Shown piece after piece: positions 12,624 through 24,975 of a stretch of 64,000 nucleotides of DNA (positions are counted from its first letter, which is position 1; each line of letters starts with the position of its first letter). Source of the DNA: Narcine bancroftii (lineage: Eukaryota); NCBI RefSeq assembly GCF_036971445.1, contig NC_091473.1, positions 210,862,001 to 210,926,000 on the forward strand, read 5' to 3'. A program made the position numbers and the translations under genes. The notes beneath the pieces were generated by a model. That model was not told where the DNA came from and did no database searches. It worked only from the letters and a program-made list of their open reading frames with translations.

Positions 12624-14074
12624 ATGGTACAATTGGTGAGAAAGAGCAAAAAAACAACAACAACAGATCATCAAAAAACTACATTTTCCAAAAGTTCAAG
12701 TTTTGGAGCCTACCTACAGAAAAAACATCGGGTCTCAGCCTGAAATGGATCCCAGGAGAGAGGTACAGCTTTCGGATCTAGAGTTTAATGTTACATCGGT
12801 AGAGTCCCCTAAAGAGGGCGCCAAACAGTCTTTAGAACAAAGAGTTACTCAGGTTCGCACAAGTGCAGTAGCATCTGACGGCAATGTTATGAATGAACCA
12901 CGTGTAGTAACATCAGTTGAAGTACCGGCTGGGGAAAGGCATTTGTCAACTGTAGCGGTGGCACTGCAAACTGCACCTTTTGAGATAAAAGAACCTATAC
13001 AACTTGATAACCGGGAGAAATTAATACATTATGGACTGGGGAAAATCCCGGCCAGCGTCCTCCAGTCACTGCTGGAAAGGCTGTGGCTGGGGTTTCCACA
13101 TGCAGTTATACTACAAGGAAGGCAACTAGAATGAAGGAAGCAACAGAAGACCCTTTGGTTATGCAGAAGAAGCAGGAATCTGTTGAGCCAGAATTTCTTC
13201 CAATTGAAAAGATTCTTGTGAATCTTGAATCTAAATTATCTTATACAATGCAGGGATTATCTAAGATTATGACTGAACTTGGTACTAGGTTCAATACTCT
13301 GATGGAAATAAATTCTCAACAGATGGCTGAGTTTGGAGCTTTTAAGCTTGAAGTGAGAGATAAATTTAATTCGTGTGAAGAAGATATAGACAAAATACGA
13401 GATCAAGTTTCAGATGTGACCAAAATGGTCGAAGACTTACAAATTCAAAATAAAAATTTGGTGAAAAAGATTGATTATTTGGAAAACCAATCCAGACAGA
13501 ACAATTTAAAGATTATTGGTTTGCCGGAAGGAATGGAGGGACCAGACCCAAGAAAATTTTTTACTGAATGGATTCCGCAGGTGCTGGGTCAAGAACATTT
13601 CCCGGAAAGTATAATACTGGAACGTGCTCAGGTCAAAGTCCAAGACCTGTTTTGGTTCGTTGCTTGAATTATTACGACAGAGAAATAATTTTACGAGTGG
13701 CTATTAGAAATGCACAACAGAGAAAATCACCCTTGATGATTCAAAATAATCAAGTTTTCTTCTATGCGGATTTGAGTCAAGAAGTTATGTTCCAATGACG
13801 GGAATTCAACCCTGCTAAAGAGTTGTTGTGGAAGAAAGGTTATAAGGCAACCTTTAGATATCCAGCTGTTTTGAAGGTTTTTCAAGATGGTTACCAACCA
13901 AAGTTCTTTGATTCTCCAAAGGAAGCTATAGCATTTGCTCAAGAGCTACCAATCACTCAGTTTCAACAGAGACATAGTCCGCCGCGATCTCCAAGGAGAC
14001 AAGAGATGAAAGAAAAGAGCTGTGCTCCAAGAAGGAATGGTCGTAACGGTGACGCGGCTGTTGGAGCTGATTAA
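12624..14074 (+). pseudogene. L1 ORF1, frameshifted
   Basis: Coiled coil, ENQSRQNNLKIIGLPEG, PRPVLVRCL and FYADLS split over several frames. The start position is approximate. Confidence 0.88.
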
Positions 14075-14482
14075 AAGAAAAGTTGTTCTTTTTTTTTCTA
14101 ATGCTTTGTTTTAAAAAAAAAGGGATATTAAATCATGATGATGTTAGTTTAAGATGAAGTGAGAGTTGGGGGAGAGAACTGGTAGGCACTATTTTCTGAA
14201 AGTCATCTGCTACGTGTGAGTTATCTCACACCCATTTTTTTTGGGAGTTACCGCATTGCGTGGTTTAGACGGGAAGGGGTATTTTTAACCTCCTACCCAT
14301 TTTTTTCTTTTTTTTTCTATTATTAGATTAAAGAGTGAAGGGGGGGTTTTTGTTTATAAAAAAAAATTTAAAAAAAATTTTTTTCTCTCTTTTCCTTTTT
14401 TTCTCTTCTTTCTTTTTTTTATTGTATTAAGAGAGGGTAAGGGGGTAAGAGTTTGGGTTTTTTTTCCTAATTGTTGTAAGAC

Positions 14483-16140
14483 ATGTCGAAATTTAAATTT
14501 GCTTCTCTTAATGTTCAGGGTTTGAATAATCCTATAAAGCGTAAGAAAGTACTTGCTTATTTAAAAAAAATTAAAGTAGATGTGGCCTTTTTACAGGAAA
14601 CTCATTTGACAGATAAAGAACACTTGAAACTTAAGCGGGGCTGGGTTGGACAAGTCTTCTATTCTTCATTTAATTCAAAAGCAAAAGGAGTTGCGGTTTT
14701 GCTACATAAGAATTTACCGTTTCAATTGCAAGATGAGGAGAAAAATGGAGGAAGGCTACTTAAGTTGAATTGTATGATTTCTAATGAAGCCTGGACTTTG
14801 ATTGATGTTTATGTTCCAAATGTTGAAGATACTGCTTTTATTACAGAAATATCTTTATTATTGGGACAAGCTAATTCCAATGTGATGATTGGGGGGATTT
14901 AAATATGGTATAGAACTGTTATTGGATAAGTATCCAAAGGTAATTAATAAATCTAAGATGGTGATACATATGGCTAATATGATGAAAGATTTGAATTTAG
15001 TTGCTATTTGGTGTAGATTTAACCCTACACAGAAAGACTTTTCTTTTTATTCTTCTCGACATAATTCTTTCTCAAGACTTGATTATTTTTTAATTTCGGC
15101 ACATTTACAGGATAAGGTTATATCTGTGGATTATAAGGCGAGGTTAGTTTCGGATCATTCATTGTTATTATTGGAATATCAAAGTTCTCAAGTTACACAA
15201 CATACTTTAAGATGGAGATTTAATGCTATGTTATTACAAAAGCCAGAATTTATTGTTTATTTGAGAAAACAAATTGAGGATTTCATTGCTAATAATGTTC
15301 ACTTTGTTTCTGATCAGTTTGTTTTGTGGGACACAATGAAAGCTTTTTTACGAGGTCAAATTATCAGTTATGCATCTAAACTGAAGAAAGAGAGAGTTAG
15401 AGAAATTGAGGATTTGGAGAAGAAAATAACAATCTGTGAAAAAGAATTTCAAAAGAAAGTTACTGAATTCCAAAAGATCCAAATAACTAATTTAAAGTTG
15501 AAGTATAATAAGTTACAGTTATATCGATTTGAATGTTTGTTGAATCATTCAAAAAATAAATTTTATGAATGGGGTGAGAAAGCTCATAAAGTATTAGCTT
15601 GGCAGTTAAAAAAAGAACAGTTATCTAGGATTATACCAGCTATTAGAAATAAATCGGGTATTACTTTTAGTCAAAAAGAAATTAATGATGAATTTTGTAA
15701 TTTTTACAAAAAACTTTATTTGACTGAATGTAAAGAGATAAAAGAAGATGCAATAGACTCTTTTTTGAAAAATATTAATTTACCACAGTTATCTCAAGAA
15801 GATAGACAAGAGTTAGATAAACCTTTTACAGATAGTGAAATTGAAATGGCTATAAAAGATATGCCAAATGGAAAAGCGCCTGGTGGAGATGGCTTTTCTA
15901 TTGAGTTTTATAAGACTTTTTATGTTGATATATCTTCTTTATTTAAGATGTAATACAACAATTTTATGATACTTTTCAATTACCTGAGTCTTGTTCTAAT
16001 GCTATAATTACAGTTATACCAAAAAAAGATAAAGATCCTTTACAGGTAGCTTCTTATCGTCCTATATCTTTGTTAAATGTAGATTATAAAATAGTGGCTA
16101 AAGTTATGGCTAATAGGTTGGCTCAGTATTTACCGAAGAT
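14483..16140 (+). pseudogene. L1 ORF2 N-terminal half (APE endonuclease to RT start), frameshifted
   Basis: SLNVQGLN, LQETH, SRLDY, SDH, KAPGGDG, YRPISLLNVDYKI. Confidence 0.93.
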
Positions 16141-16974
16141 ACACCTTGAAATGGAATTCCACTGTGAGGCCCAGGGAAAGCAGTTGTCAAATACGACACT
16201 CTGAAATTGACAAATTAGTGACAACCTGTCTTGCTCGAGAAGTTTTAATAAGTCTTTGCATCTACGAGATAAACCAAGAAATCATAGCATCCTGGTTCCA
16301 TAATAATTAATCTTCTAAATTGTAGAATGGTATGTTCAGTTTTGATTTTGACTGACAAATGTTAGAAGGAGTAGGCGCATGATTAATTGTTTTTGGGGTA
16401 TATAAGCCTGTGGTCCTGCTGCTAAAATTTAGACTCTCCAAGGGGTGGGAACACCGCTTCTCAAGAAGGAAGAACAGCCAGAGTCCGAGCAACGTCCCAG
16501 TCGGGGGAGGTGAAGAAGCTGCTACCGGCACCCCGGCAACCTACTACAAGTGTGCTGTCATTGCCTCGCTTTGGCAGTTGGGAGCAGTCCAGGCGTTGTT
16601 AAGTATGATTAGTGAGGGCTTGCATATTGTAGTTTGAAATCTGCTTAAGATTTTGTAATAAAGATTTGTGTAAACTGAAGTGCTCTTGGTGTGTGTCTCT
16701 GTTTTCTTTCAGTCGCTCAAAAGCTCATCAAAGTGCTACAACACATCCAGAAGTATAAGTTAAACAGGGAAGAATGTCAGTTTGGTGCGAAGGAAATCAT
16801 CTGTCTGGGAGACAAACTGTCAGAGGCAGGTGTAGAGCCAGACATGAGCAAAGTGAAAGCAATTCTAGAAATGCATGGACCCACTGTCAAAAAAGGCATA
16901 TTGAGAGTGCTGGGAATGATCAATTTCATTGGTAAATTCAATTAAAATCTGTCTTTCAAAACAATGTTCCTATG

Positions 16975-17397
16975 GACTACAGCCATCAATGCATGGTTGG
17001 CTGGTGCAATATAATCTTTGCGCAAGCTGTACCTGATGCCACAAAAATTGAACAGTTCTAAACCTGAACCATCAGACCAATGTTTTAGATGTGGCATTGC
17101 AACAGGGATTTTGTGCACACAACTAGATCTTTATGTATTTCAGCCGGGGAAAGGTACCCTTTGTTGTGAGTGTCTTGGTCATTGTAAGTATAATTAGTTT
17201 AGCGTTAGGTGTTTAATGTCAGGGGGGAATGAGTGGTGTGGAAGGGAATAAAAACAAAACAGTCAAACTCAATGATAGGACTATAAGGAATTAACAGATA
17301 TGAAATGTAATTAATGTGGATATTGTTGATTATGATATTGATGATATTGATAAATGTTGGAGTTTGTGTGGAAAAATTACAAATAAAATATTCAAAA
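16975..17397 (+). mobile_element. L1 3'-end fragment of another subfamily
   Basis: KLYLMPQKL...DQCFRCG, then a 3'UTR ending AATAAAATATTCAAAA. Confidence 0.65.
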
Positions 17398-17421
17398 TGT
17401 CCCCAATGTACCTGAGGAAGT

Positions 17422-18019
17422 TGTGAGAAATGAGTAAAGCTAATATGAAAATATAAAAGACGAAGAAAGCTAGTATGGATATATGTGTAATGAATAAAGC
17501 CAGTATGAATAGGATAAGGATAGATAATAGAATGTAGGAAGTAAAGTTAGTCTGAATAAGATAAGGGTCTTCTAGCCTATTAGACAAGAATCAGCAAGTT
17601 CCACATATGTAATTAGTAAGCCTTAGACAGAATTAGCAAGTTCTGCATATAAGAGTTAGTAAGCCCTGAGGGGTGAGAAGGTGTGAATAAGGACAAAAGG
17701 CAGGTTTGTCAATAAGGACAATAAGGACAATGACATGATGGGACATAGACAGGATACCCCCTGGTCCTCCAAGTTCACAGAAACAGCACTTAGCAGACAG
17801 GATTGCCTAATGCCAAACTCATCCAGGAGGCAGAAGAATGTAAGGGGGAGGGTACTTCTATACTGAAATAAACTGTATAAAAGTTGGGTGAGCTCCAGTG
17901 TGTGTGTGTATTCCCAGGGTAAGGGGAAGCACCCAACTTTGCATTGTTGTATAATAAATGTTCTTTGTTCTCAATTTTTGTCTTGAGCAATTTCTGTGAA
18001 GGTACTTCTGTTTCTCATA
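17422..18019 (+). mobile_element. ERV LTR of the same family as 24976-25498, opposite orientation
   Basis: TGTGAGA...TCTCATA ends, TATAAAA near 17876 and AATAAA near 17953. Reverse-complement match to the proviral LTR. Confidence 0.93.
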
Positions 18020-18518
18020 ACTTATTTCAAGTGGAACATTAGACAGCCAGTCCTCTTCCCTTGCATAAACCACAAGGGCTTTGACCAGGTTGAACTAAGC
18101 AGTCACAACCCATCTTCCAAATGGGGTTTTACTACAAGCTTTCCATCTTGTCCTGTTCCAGTCCAGCTCCTGCTGCTGACTGTCACACTGCGGAACTAAA
18201 TGCTGTCACTCTCTCTCTCTCTCTCTCTCAGAGAAAAAGTGTGTGTTTTTCTCTCTGCTTGCAAAACCACATGACCCTGTTAGCAAGTTCCACTCCAGAC
18301 AGCTTGTGGCTCCAATGAGTCCTTTCATCTGTTGCCTTTTTTGTAAATAACAATCTATTATTAACACTCTCCAAAGCTTTTGCAAAGGCTATTGAAGCCA
18401 GACTGTCTTGCATGAGCAGAGCTTCAGTACTTTAAATACGACCTGTTTTAAAGAATGTGACCTACACTAAAAAACCTGCCCCAATTTATCTCCCAAAACA
18501 TATCTATAATCTGGCACA
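18020..18518 (-). mobile_element. Partial LTR, family X
   Basis: Homologous to 37948-38481 and ends ATAATCTGGCACA. Confidence 0.75.
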
Positions 18519-18774
18519 AAGTACACCACCAAATTGGGGAAACCGCACCATGTATTCTATCTTGACACTCTCAGACCAGACAGCATTAATGACTTCCTTG
18601 AACCATCTCCCCTGGTCATTCTCTATCCTAATCCCTCCATCTCCTTTCCTCCCACTCCACTTGCGTGTTGCCAAATGCAGTCTTCGGAAGGGTCCTGACC
18701 CATCTTGCGCCAATTGAATGGGGCGACGATTCAGCCCGTCTAACCACGCAATCACTTGGCCCCCCCAAATTGCT

Positions 18775-19545
18775 GACACCCTTTGAGCAAGTCACAGTAC
18801 TGCTCTGTCTGAGTAGAAGCCCATTGACAGCATTCAGCTTATCTCTGATGTTGCAGTATGGCTGGCATTCACCTCTAGCCCATTCTTCAATCAGATCCTT
18901 AACGAGCTTCTGTAGAACTGTGTTCTTTTCTGTTTCATCTGTGATCTCCTTGGATTTCATGTCAGGTACGGGAAGAGATTCAGTGATCAGGTTCACATGG
19001 AGATTCACATCTGTCTCTGTGGAACTCTCATTGTGTGCTTCACTCTGTATCATTGCCCTGGATATTACATCAGCCAGCACAATAAGTTTACTCCTGTGTA
19101 CACCAGTTCAAAGTCATAATGTTGTAGCTTCATCATCCATCTTTGGATTCTCAGTGACATTTCACTGAGATATTTCTTGATTATTTCTACTATTGGCTTG
19201 TGGTCTGTCTCTGCCATGAATGTTGGTAGAGCATACACATAACTGTGAAATTTCTTGAGTGCATAGACCAGATCTAGACTCTCTCTTTCTCAATCTGTGT
19301 ATATCGACAGTCAGATATGGTCATCGATCTTGTTGCATATTCTACTGGCCTCTGATCTTCCCCCACGGCCTGCAGTAGTACCGCACCTATTCCATCTTTT
19401 GAAGCATCTGTGGAAATTTTTGTCTTTCTGGATGCGTCAAAGAACATCAGAAGTTCTGGTCTGTAGATAGAATGAACTTCAGTCATCCCCTTTCTTCTTC
19501 ATGGTTGTCTGTGCACTTGAATTCACATTTGTCCTGTAACAACTT
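18775..19545 (-). mobile_element. Inverted continuation of Gypsy copy B (RT end, RNase H)
   Basis: KLLQDKCEFK continues MYLRK from 17406-17421. Also TDASKDGIGAVLLQ, YTQIEKE and ADVISRA. Confidence 0.88.
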
Positions 19546-19697
19546 TGTGAAGGTACCTCTGTTTCTCACAAAATTGGGAACCAACAAGTAAACAAAACAG
19601 AAAATGGTAAAAACAACATTACAGCACTTTTTCCCGGCGTAGTGTAACTTTCAGATCAGAAGGATGAAGGACTGCACGCCAGGTGGAGGGTAGATTA

Positions 19698-22600
19698 TCA
19701 ATGTTGTTCAGCAGCTCGTTTAATTCGTTGGATGTGGCTCCATCCCTTTTCTTTCGTTCGCACGGCAGTGTCTGTAATCAAAAGTACACAATAGGTTTTA
19801 GTTAGTGATCTTGCCATGCTTTTACATATATCCAATCATCAGGTTTAATAGAATGAATAGGATACTCCAGGGGTGAGATTTGAGCTAATAAACTCTTCTG
19901 TCGTAAGTCATACAGAGAAGTAGAAAGTCCCTGTAGATATTTAGATATGTACTGGTCATTAGCCTCAGGGATAGGGGTATCAGTGTGGAATCCCATGTAA
20001 GGAAGACCAAACATCATTTCATATGGTGAGACAGCAAGGTCCTTATGAGGAGCTGTGTGAGTCCTAATTAAAGCTAAGGGTAAGCATTTAATCCAGGAGA
20101 GGCCAGTTTCCTCATGAAGTCGAGTGAGCTGATTTTTCAAGGTCTGATTCATTCGTTCAACACAGCCTGAGCTCTGGGCGTGCCATGGGGTATGGAGCTG
20201 CCAATCTATTACCAGTATTTTACACACACCCTGGAGTACCTGAGAGGTAAAATGTGTACCTCGATCTGAGTCAATAGTTTGAATCATACCGTATCGTGGA
20301 ATCACAGACTCCAGTAGTATCCTAATAACGGTCCTGGCACGATCATTAGGGGTCGGGAAAGCCTCAACCCATCGTGTGAAATGATCTACTGTGTAAACCC
20401 CTATCTTAGGTAATTCCGTAAAATCAATTTGTATCCATTGAAATGGGCATACAGCTATATCGCGACCACCAGGCATTACCTGGCACATAACCCCGCGTAC
20501 TCTGCTTGGCTATAGTGTATATTCCCGAGCAATGCAAAGACCGTACAAAAGTATCCACAAGTGCCTGTGTTCCCCAGCGTGTCTGCTGGTGGAGCTGATC
20601 AATAATTTGCCGAGCCAAGGCTTTGTTCAGCACTTGGCGTCTTTCTGCCGTCCACCACAACTCATCAACAGTTTGACGCATTCCCTGGTCCTTCATGTAA
20701 ACCTCCTCTTCCCATGAAAAGATGGCAGTCTTTTTAACCTCAAGTGGGGTGGGCAGTAACAGCTGCATGTCTATTTTCTCCGTGAGCACAGCCTGTTTAG
20801 CAGCTGCATCTGCCTGTCTGTTCCCCTGTGCTTCAGGACTGTCACCACTTTGATGGCTTCGTACATGAACTACAGCTATTTCCTCAGGTAATGTAAGAGC
20901 ATCTAGAGATTGGACAATTAAGTTTTCATGGATCAACTTTTGTCCTTTCCCAGTTATCATTCCCTGCTCTTTCCAGATCTTCCCAAAGGTGTGCACTACA
21001 GCAAAAGCGTTCTTTGAGTCTGTGTAGATCGTGCCCACCTTGTTCTCTAGACCCTGGAGAGCTCTACGGAGGGCATACAATTCACAAGATTGTGCTGACC
21101 AATGACCGGGAAGGCGACTGGCTTTAATCACTACTCCTTCCTTCCCATCCACTACACTATACCCGCTATAGCGAGTGCCATCAATGCAATGGGAAGATCC
21201 ATCAATAAACCACCTTTCACCCTCCTGTAAAGGCTCATCGCTTAAATCCTCTCTAATTTTGGTCTGTAAATCTATTACCTCTAAATATACATGCTCTAAA
21301 TCATTTGGAGAAACCAAGAAAGCTGCTGGATTGTGTTCTTTATTCGTAATCAGGGTCAAATCATCCCTATCCATTAGGATCGCTTCATATTTTAAAATTC
21401 TAAGCCACCTTCCAGCACGTTGTAAGAGAATATTGCTGACTGTGTGAGGGGTGTGAACTATCACCGGGGCACCAAACGTAATCTTTCATCCTTCCTCAAC
21501 TAAAATAGCAGTGGCTACGATGGCTTGCACACATTCTGGCCAACCACGACAAACAGGGTCTAAAACTTTTGACAGAAAAGCAACTGGCTGTCTACAGCCT
21601 GCCCTCTCTTGTGTTAGTACTCCGGTGGCCACATCTCCTTTCGCATTGGTATATAGGTCAAATGGCTTATTTAGGTTGGGTAAAGCCAACACTGGGGCAC
21701 TAATAAGGCGCTGTTTCACAAAGTTAAAATCTTTAATCTCTTCCTCTGTCCAGACAACAGCTTCGCCCCCTAGAATCGTGAGTTTATCATAGAGAAATCT
21801 GACCAGGCTAGAATAATTTTCAATCCAGATTCGGCAGTATTCCACTAAACCAAGGAATTTCCTAAGTTCTTTGGCATTCTTGGGAGGGGGGATCTGTAGA
21901 ATACCATGCATTCTCTCTCAACTTATTTTCCTAGTTCCCTGACTTACCAGATGACCTAAGTTTTTAACTTCTGATTGAACAAATTGCAATTTGGATTTGC
22001 TCACCCTGAGACCCTTATTCTCCAGAAAATTCAAAAGTTCAACAATATACTGTTTAACTAATTCGTACGTTTTTCCCGTAATTGACAAATCATCAACATA
22101 TTGTATCAACAGACAATTCTCTCTCCGAGGAGCCTCATCTAATATTTGTTCTAAGACCTGGCCGAATAAATTTGGTGATTATGTAAAGCCCTGGGGAAGG
22201 ACCGTCCACCGGTATTGATTCTTGTGTCCAGTAAAAGGATTTTCCCATTCAAAGGGAAACATGTCTCTGCTCTCTGTTGCTAACGGACAGGTCCAGAAAG
22301 CATCTTTGAGGTCAATCACACTAAACCATTTACTATGGGGATCAATTTTACTCATTATTGTATAGGGATTAGATACAACTGGGTGACAGGTGAGAATAAT
22401 TTTGTTCAGCTCCCTCAAATCCTGCACTAATCGATAGGTACTGTCTGGTTTTTGGACAGGTAAAATTGGGGTATTAAAAGGTGACATACAAGGTTCGAGT
22501 ATACCATCTTTTACCAACTGGTCAATTACTGGCTGCAGCCCCTTTCGGCCAGCTATAGGAATTGGGTACTGCTTTCGTCTAATTATTTGCTCAGGATCTT

Positions 22601-23066
22601 TTAAAGTAACTTGCAGGGGAGGAATATCTAACACTCCTCTTTTGCCTATTTTTGCCCATACTCCAGGATTTATTAGTTCCCGATCCTCCTCGGTTAATAC
22701 ATACAATTGAACCCCAATACCTGATTCCAGTGGCCTGGTGCCGCTGGCCAATTGGTCCTGTAAATCTCAACCTAACAAACAGACTCCAGCTTGGGGAACT
22801 AGTAAAATATCCTCTGTTATTACCTTTTCTCCCATTTGAATTCTTACATCTCTTAATACAGGGACTCTAAAGTCTCTTCCTCCTACTCCTGAAACTATCA
22901 CTGTCCCTTCTATCCTAACACCCTCGGGTGGTTGTAAAATACTAGACCAGGCTGCCCCAAAATCTACTAAAAAGGTCATCTTGTCACTATGGGGTCCTAT
23001 GCTTAAATTTACCAATGGTTCTCCGTGCAGCCCCACGGTGTGTATTGACTGAGAACCGTGACCCCC
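19698..23066 (-). pseudogene. pol: ERV pro-pol (protease, RT, RNase H, integrase), frameshifted
   Basis: FLVDFGA, DLKDAF, LPQGF, YVDD, WFIDGSS, QIDFTELP, DSDRGTHF, ERMN. Confidence 0.93.
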
Positions 23067-24725
23067 CTATTCATAATCTGCTTCCATCAGGGCGTAGAAT
23101 CATGTCTCCCTGGCTCGCATTGGGCATTCTCTCTTAAAATGTCCCTCCTTTTTACAATGGTAGCAAACTAATGCTCCTGTTTCCCAATTCCTACCAGGGT
23201 CTCCATGGGGTCCTGGGAATGGTCGTCATCCCCGGAATTCTCCTCTACCCCTGCCGCTGCTCTGGTCTCTACTTCCCCATTCCTGGCGCTCCTCCCAATG
23301 TCCAGGAGCTGGCACACAGCCCCTACCCTTTCCTTGCTGTCCCTCCATGACTTCCTTGACTGCCTGCATCAAAATCTTAGCCTTTCCTTTCTGTTTTTCC
23401 TCAGACCTCTGGATGTATGCCCTTTGTGCGATCTGTAAAAGCTGTGTTATTCCCTGTTCATGCCAATTCTCAGTCTTCTGCAATTTTCTCCTGATGTCTG
23501 GGGCTGAATTAGTAACGAAGCCCGTTAATACCAATTGTTCACCCGCTGGGGATTCTATATCCAGACCCCCATATTGCTGTATGGCCGTACGCAATCTATT
23601 CAGAAATGCAGAGGAGGTCTCCTCGGGACCTTGGGGAACCTCAAATGCTTTCTTAAAATTCTGTCCCTTTGGAACAGATTCCTCGATTCCTTTTATCAGA
23701 TTAACCCTATATTCCTCCATTAATGTGTGACCATCATTAGTATTCTTATCCCAATTTGGTTTTGCCAGGGGGAATTTAAGTTCCCCAGGTATCGCCTCTG
23801 GTCCCCCTTGGTGTTCCCTATCCCAGACTCTAATCCCTGCCTGGCGAATCATTCCACATTCATCCAAAGTAAACAGAGCCCTAAAAATCGGTGTTAACTC
23901 ATCCCATGTATATATATTTGGTTGAAAAAATTGATCTAATTGTTCGGCACATCCCTGAGGATCCTCTATCAGGGAGGTCATTTCTCTCTTAAAGTTACGC
24001 ACCTCCGTACTAGTCAGGGGCTCATTTACAAAACCGAGACCCTCTCCCACGGGAACTTCCCGTAAAGGTCTCATCCAGTTAATTTCTGGCTTATAATGTC
24101 TAGGTTCCTGCTCTCCGGGAAATAAATCAAAGGGTTCTGCCCTTTCCTCCCGGAAGGTCTCACACTGTTCTGAGTCCAAGTCTCCTCTAGTACTTTGTGA
24201 ACGGGTCATCATACCACCCCTACTTTCTTCTCCTTTCTTTAGCTGTGGGGGAGGAGGGGATGGTGAAGAAGGGTAGAGCATAGGAGAGAGGCGAAAGATA
24301 GGAGCCGGTATAGGAGGAGCATAAGGTGGAGGAAGGGAATGTAACACATCCCATCCTTGTGTTTCAGGGACAAAAGGTTCCTCATCCTTCTTGTCCTTAC
24401 ATTCCTTTTCATTCAAAACCAGTTGATCAACCGATCCACTGAGCCAGCAGGCTGCACATTTTCTGCTCTCAATATTATCTCTTTGGTTTTGATAAAGCCA
24501 GATGTTCAACGCCTGACACATCCAGTCCTCATCGGATCCGAACTTTGGCCAATATACCGAATTCCCTTTTATCAGGTTTTTAACCCATTCCAGACAGCAA
24601 TACCTGACCATGGTCTATTTGTCTTTCCCGCGGATTCTCCCCGCACCCCAATCAGATAGCATTAATCCTAACGGACTTTGCTTAGTTATCTGATCATCCC
24701 GTCCTTCCTTACGACTATCTCCCAT
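23067..24725 (-). pseudogene. gag: ERV gag, frameshifted
   Basis: MG...SPLGLML start, PPPY late domain, capsid MHR-like QGPEETSSAFLNRL, CYHCKKEGHFKREC knuckle, TAG at 23069-23067. Confidence 0.9.
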
Positions 24726-24955
24726 GCCACTCACACCTCCCATACTAACAGGTAAATAAAATTCCTCTTACCGTGATCCAGTAGCTATTCCTAGCGCACT
24801 TCCTTAACGTCCTCCCGTCGTTTGTTCTCAATGCCTCTTCTCGGATATCACTCGCTTCATCCACTGACCAGTCACTCACCATCCATGAGTCCAGCTGAAT
24901 CAGCCGGGGTGCACCTACCCTCGTCGTCGGGCACTCTGTCAGTGGAGGGAGTGGG

Positions 24956-24973
24956 ATCCCGGATGAGTCCCCA
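24956..24973 (-). promoter_or_regulatory. Primer-binding site, tRNA-Pro
   Basis: TGGGGACTCATCCGGGAT matches canonical TGGGGGCTCGTCCGGGAT at 16 of 18 positions, 2 nt after the LTR. Confidence 0.9.
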
Positions 24974-24975
24974 TT

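Larger units (their letters stand above)
9899..16134. mobile_element. Full-length L1 with 5' inversion
   Basis: 13-bp TSD GAAGATACACCTT (9886-9898 and 16135-16147), poly(T) at the left end, 3' half on minus and 5' half on plus. Confidence 0.95.
9752..16720 (+). mobile_element. Solo-LTR-like insertion (9752-9898 plus 16148-16720), split by the L1
   Basis: Starts TGTAAT, has TATATAA at 16399-16405 and AATAAA at 16657-16662, and interrupts Gypsy RT at LIKVLQH. Confidence 0.7.
7661..17421 (+). mobile_element. Degenerate Gypsy element, copy B, interrupted by nested insertions
   Basis: PBS at 7825-7839 and RT motifs MDASQGFWQ, MPFGISSAP and YMDD. RT resumes at 16745 and again near 17405. Confidence 0.9.
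1..18600 (+). repeat. Copy 1 of a large direct repeat (partner 45401-64000, offset 45400)
   Basis: Every ORF recurs at exactly +45400. The only difference noticed is T11461 vs A56861. Confidence 0.97.
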
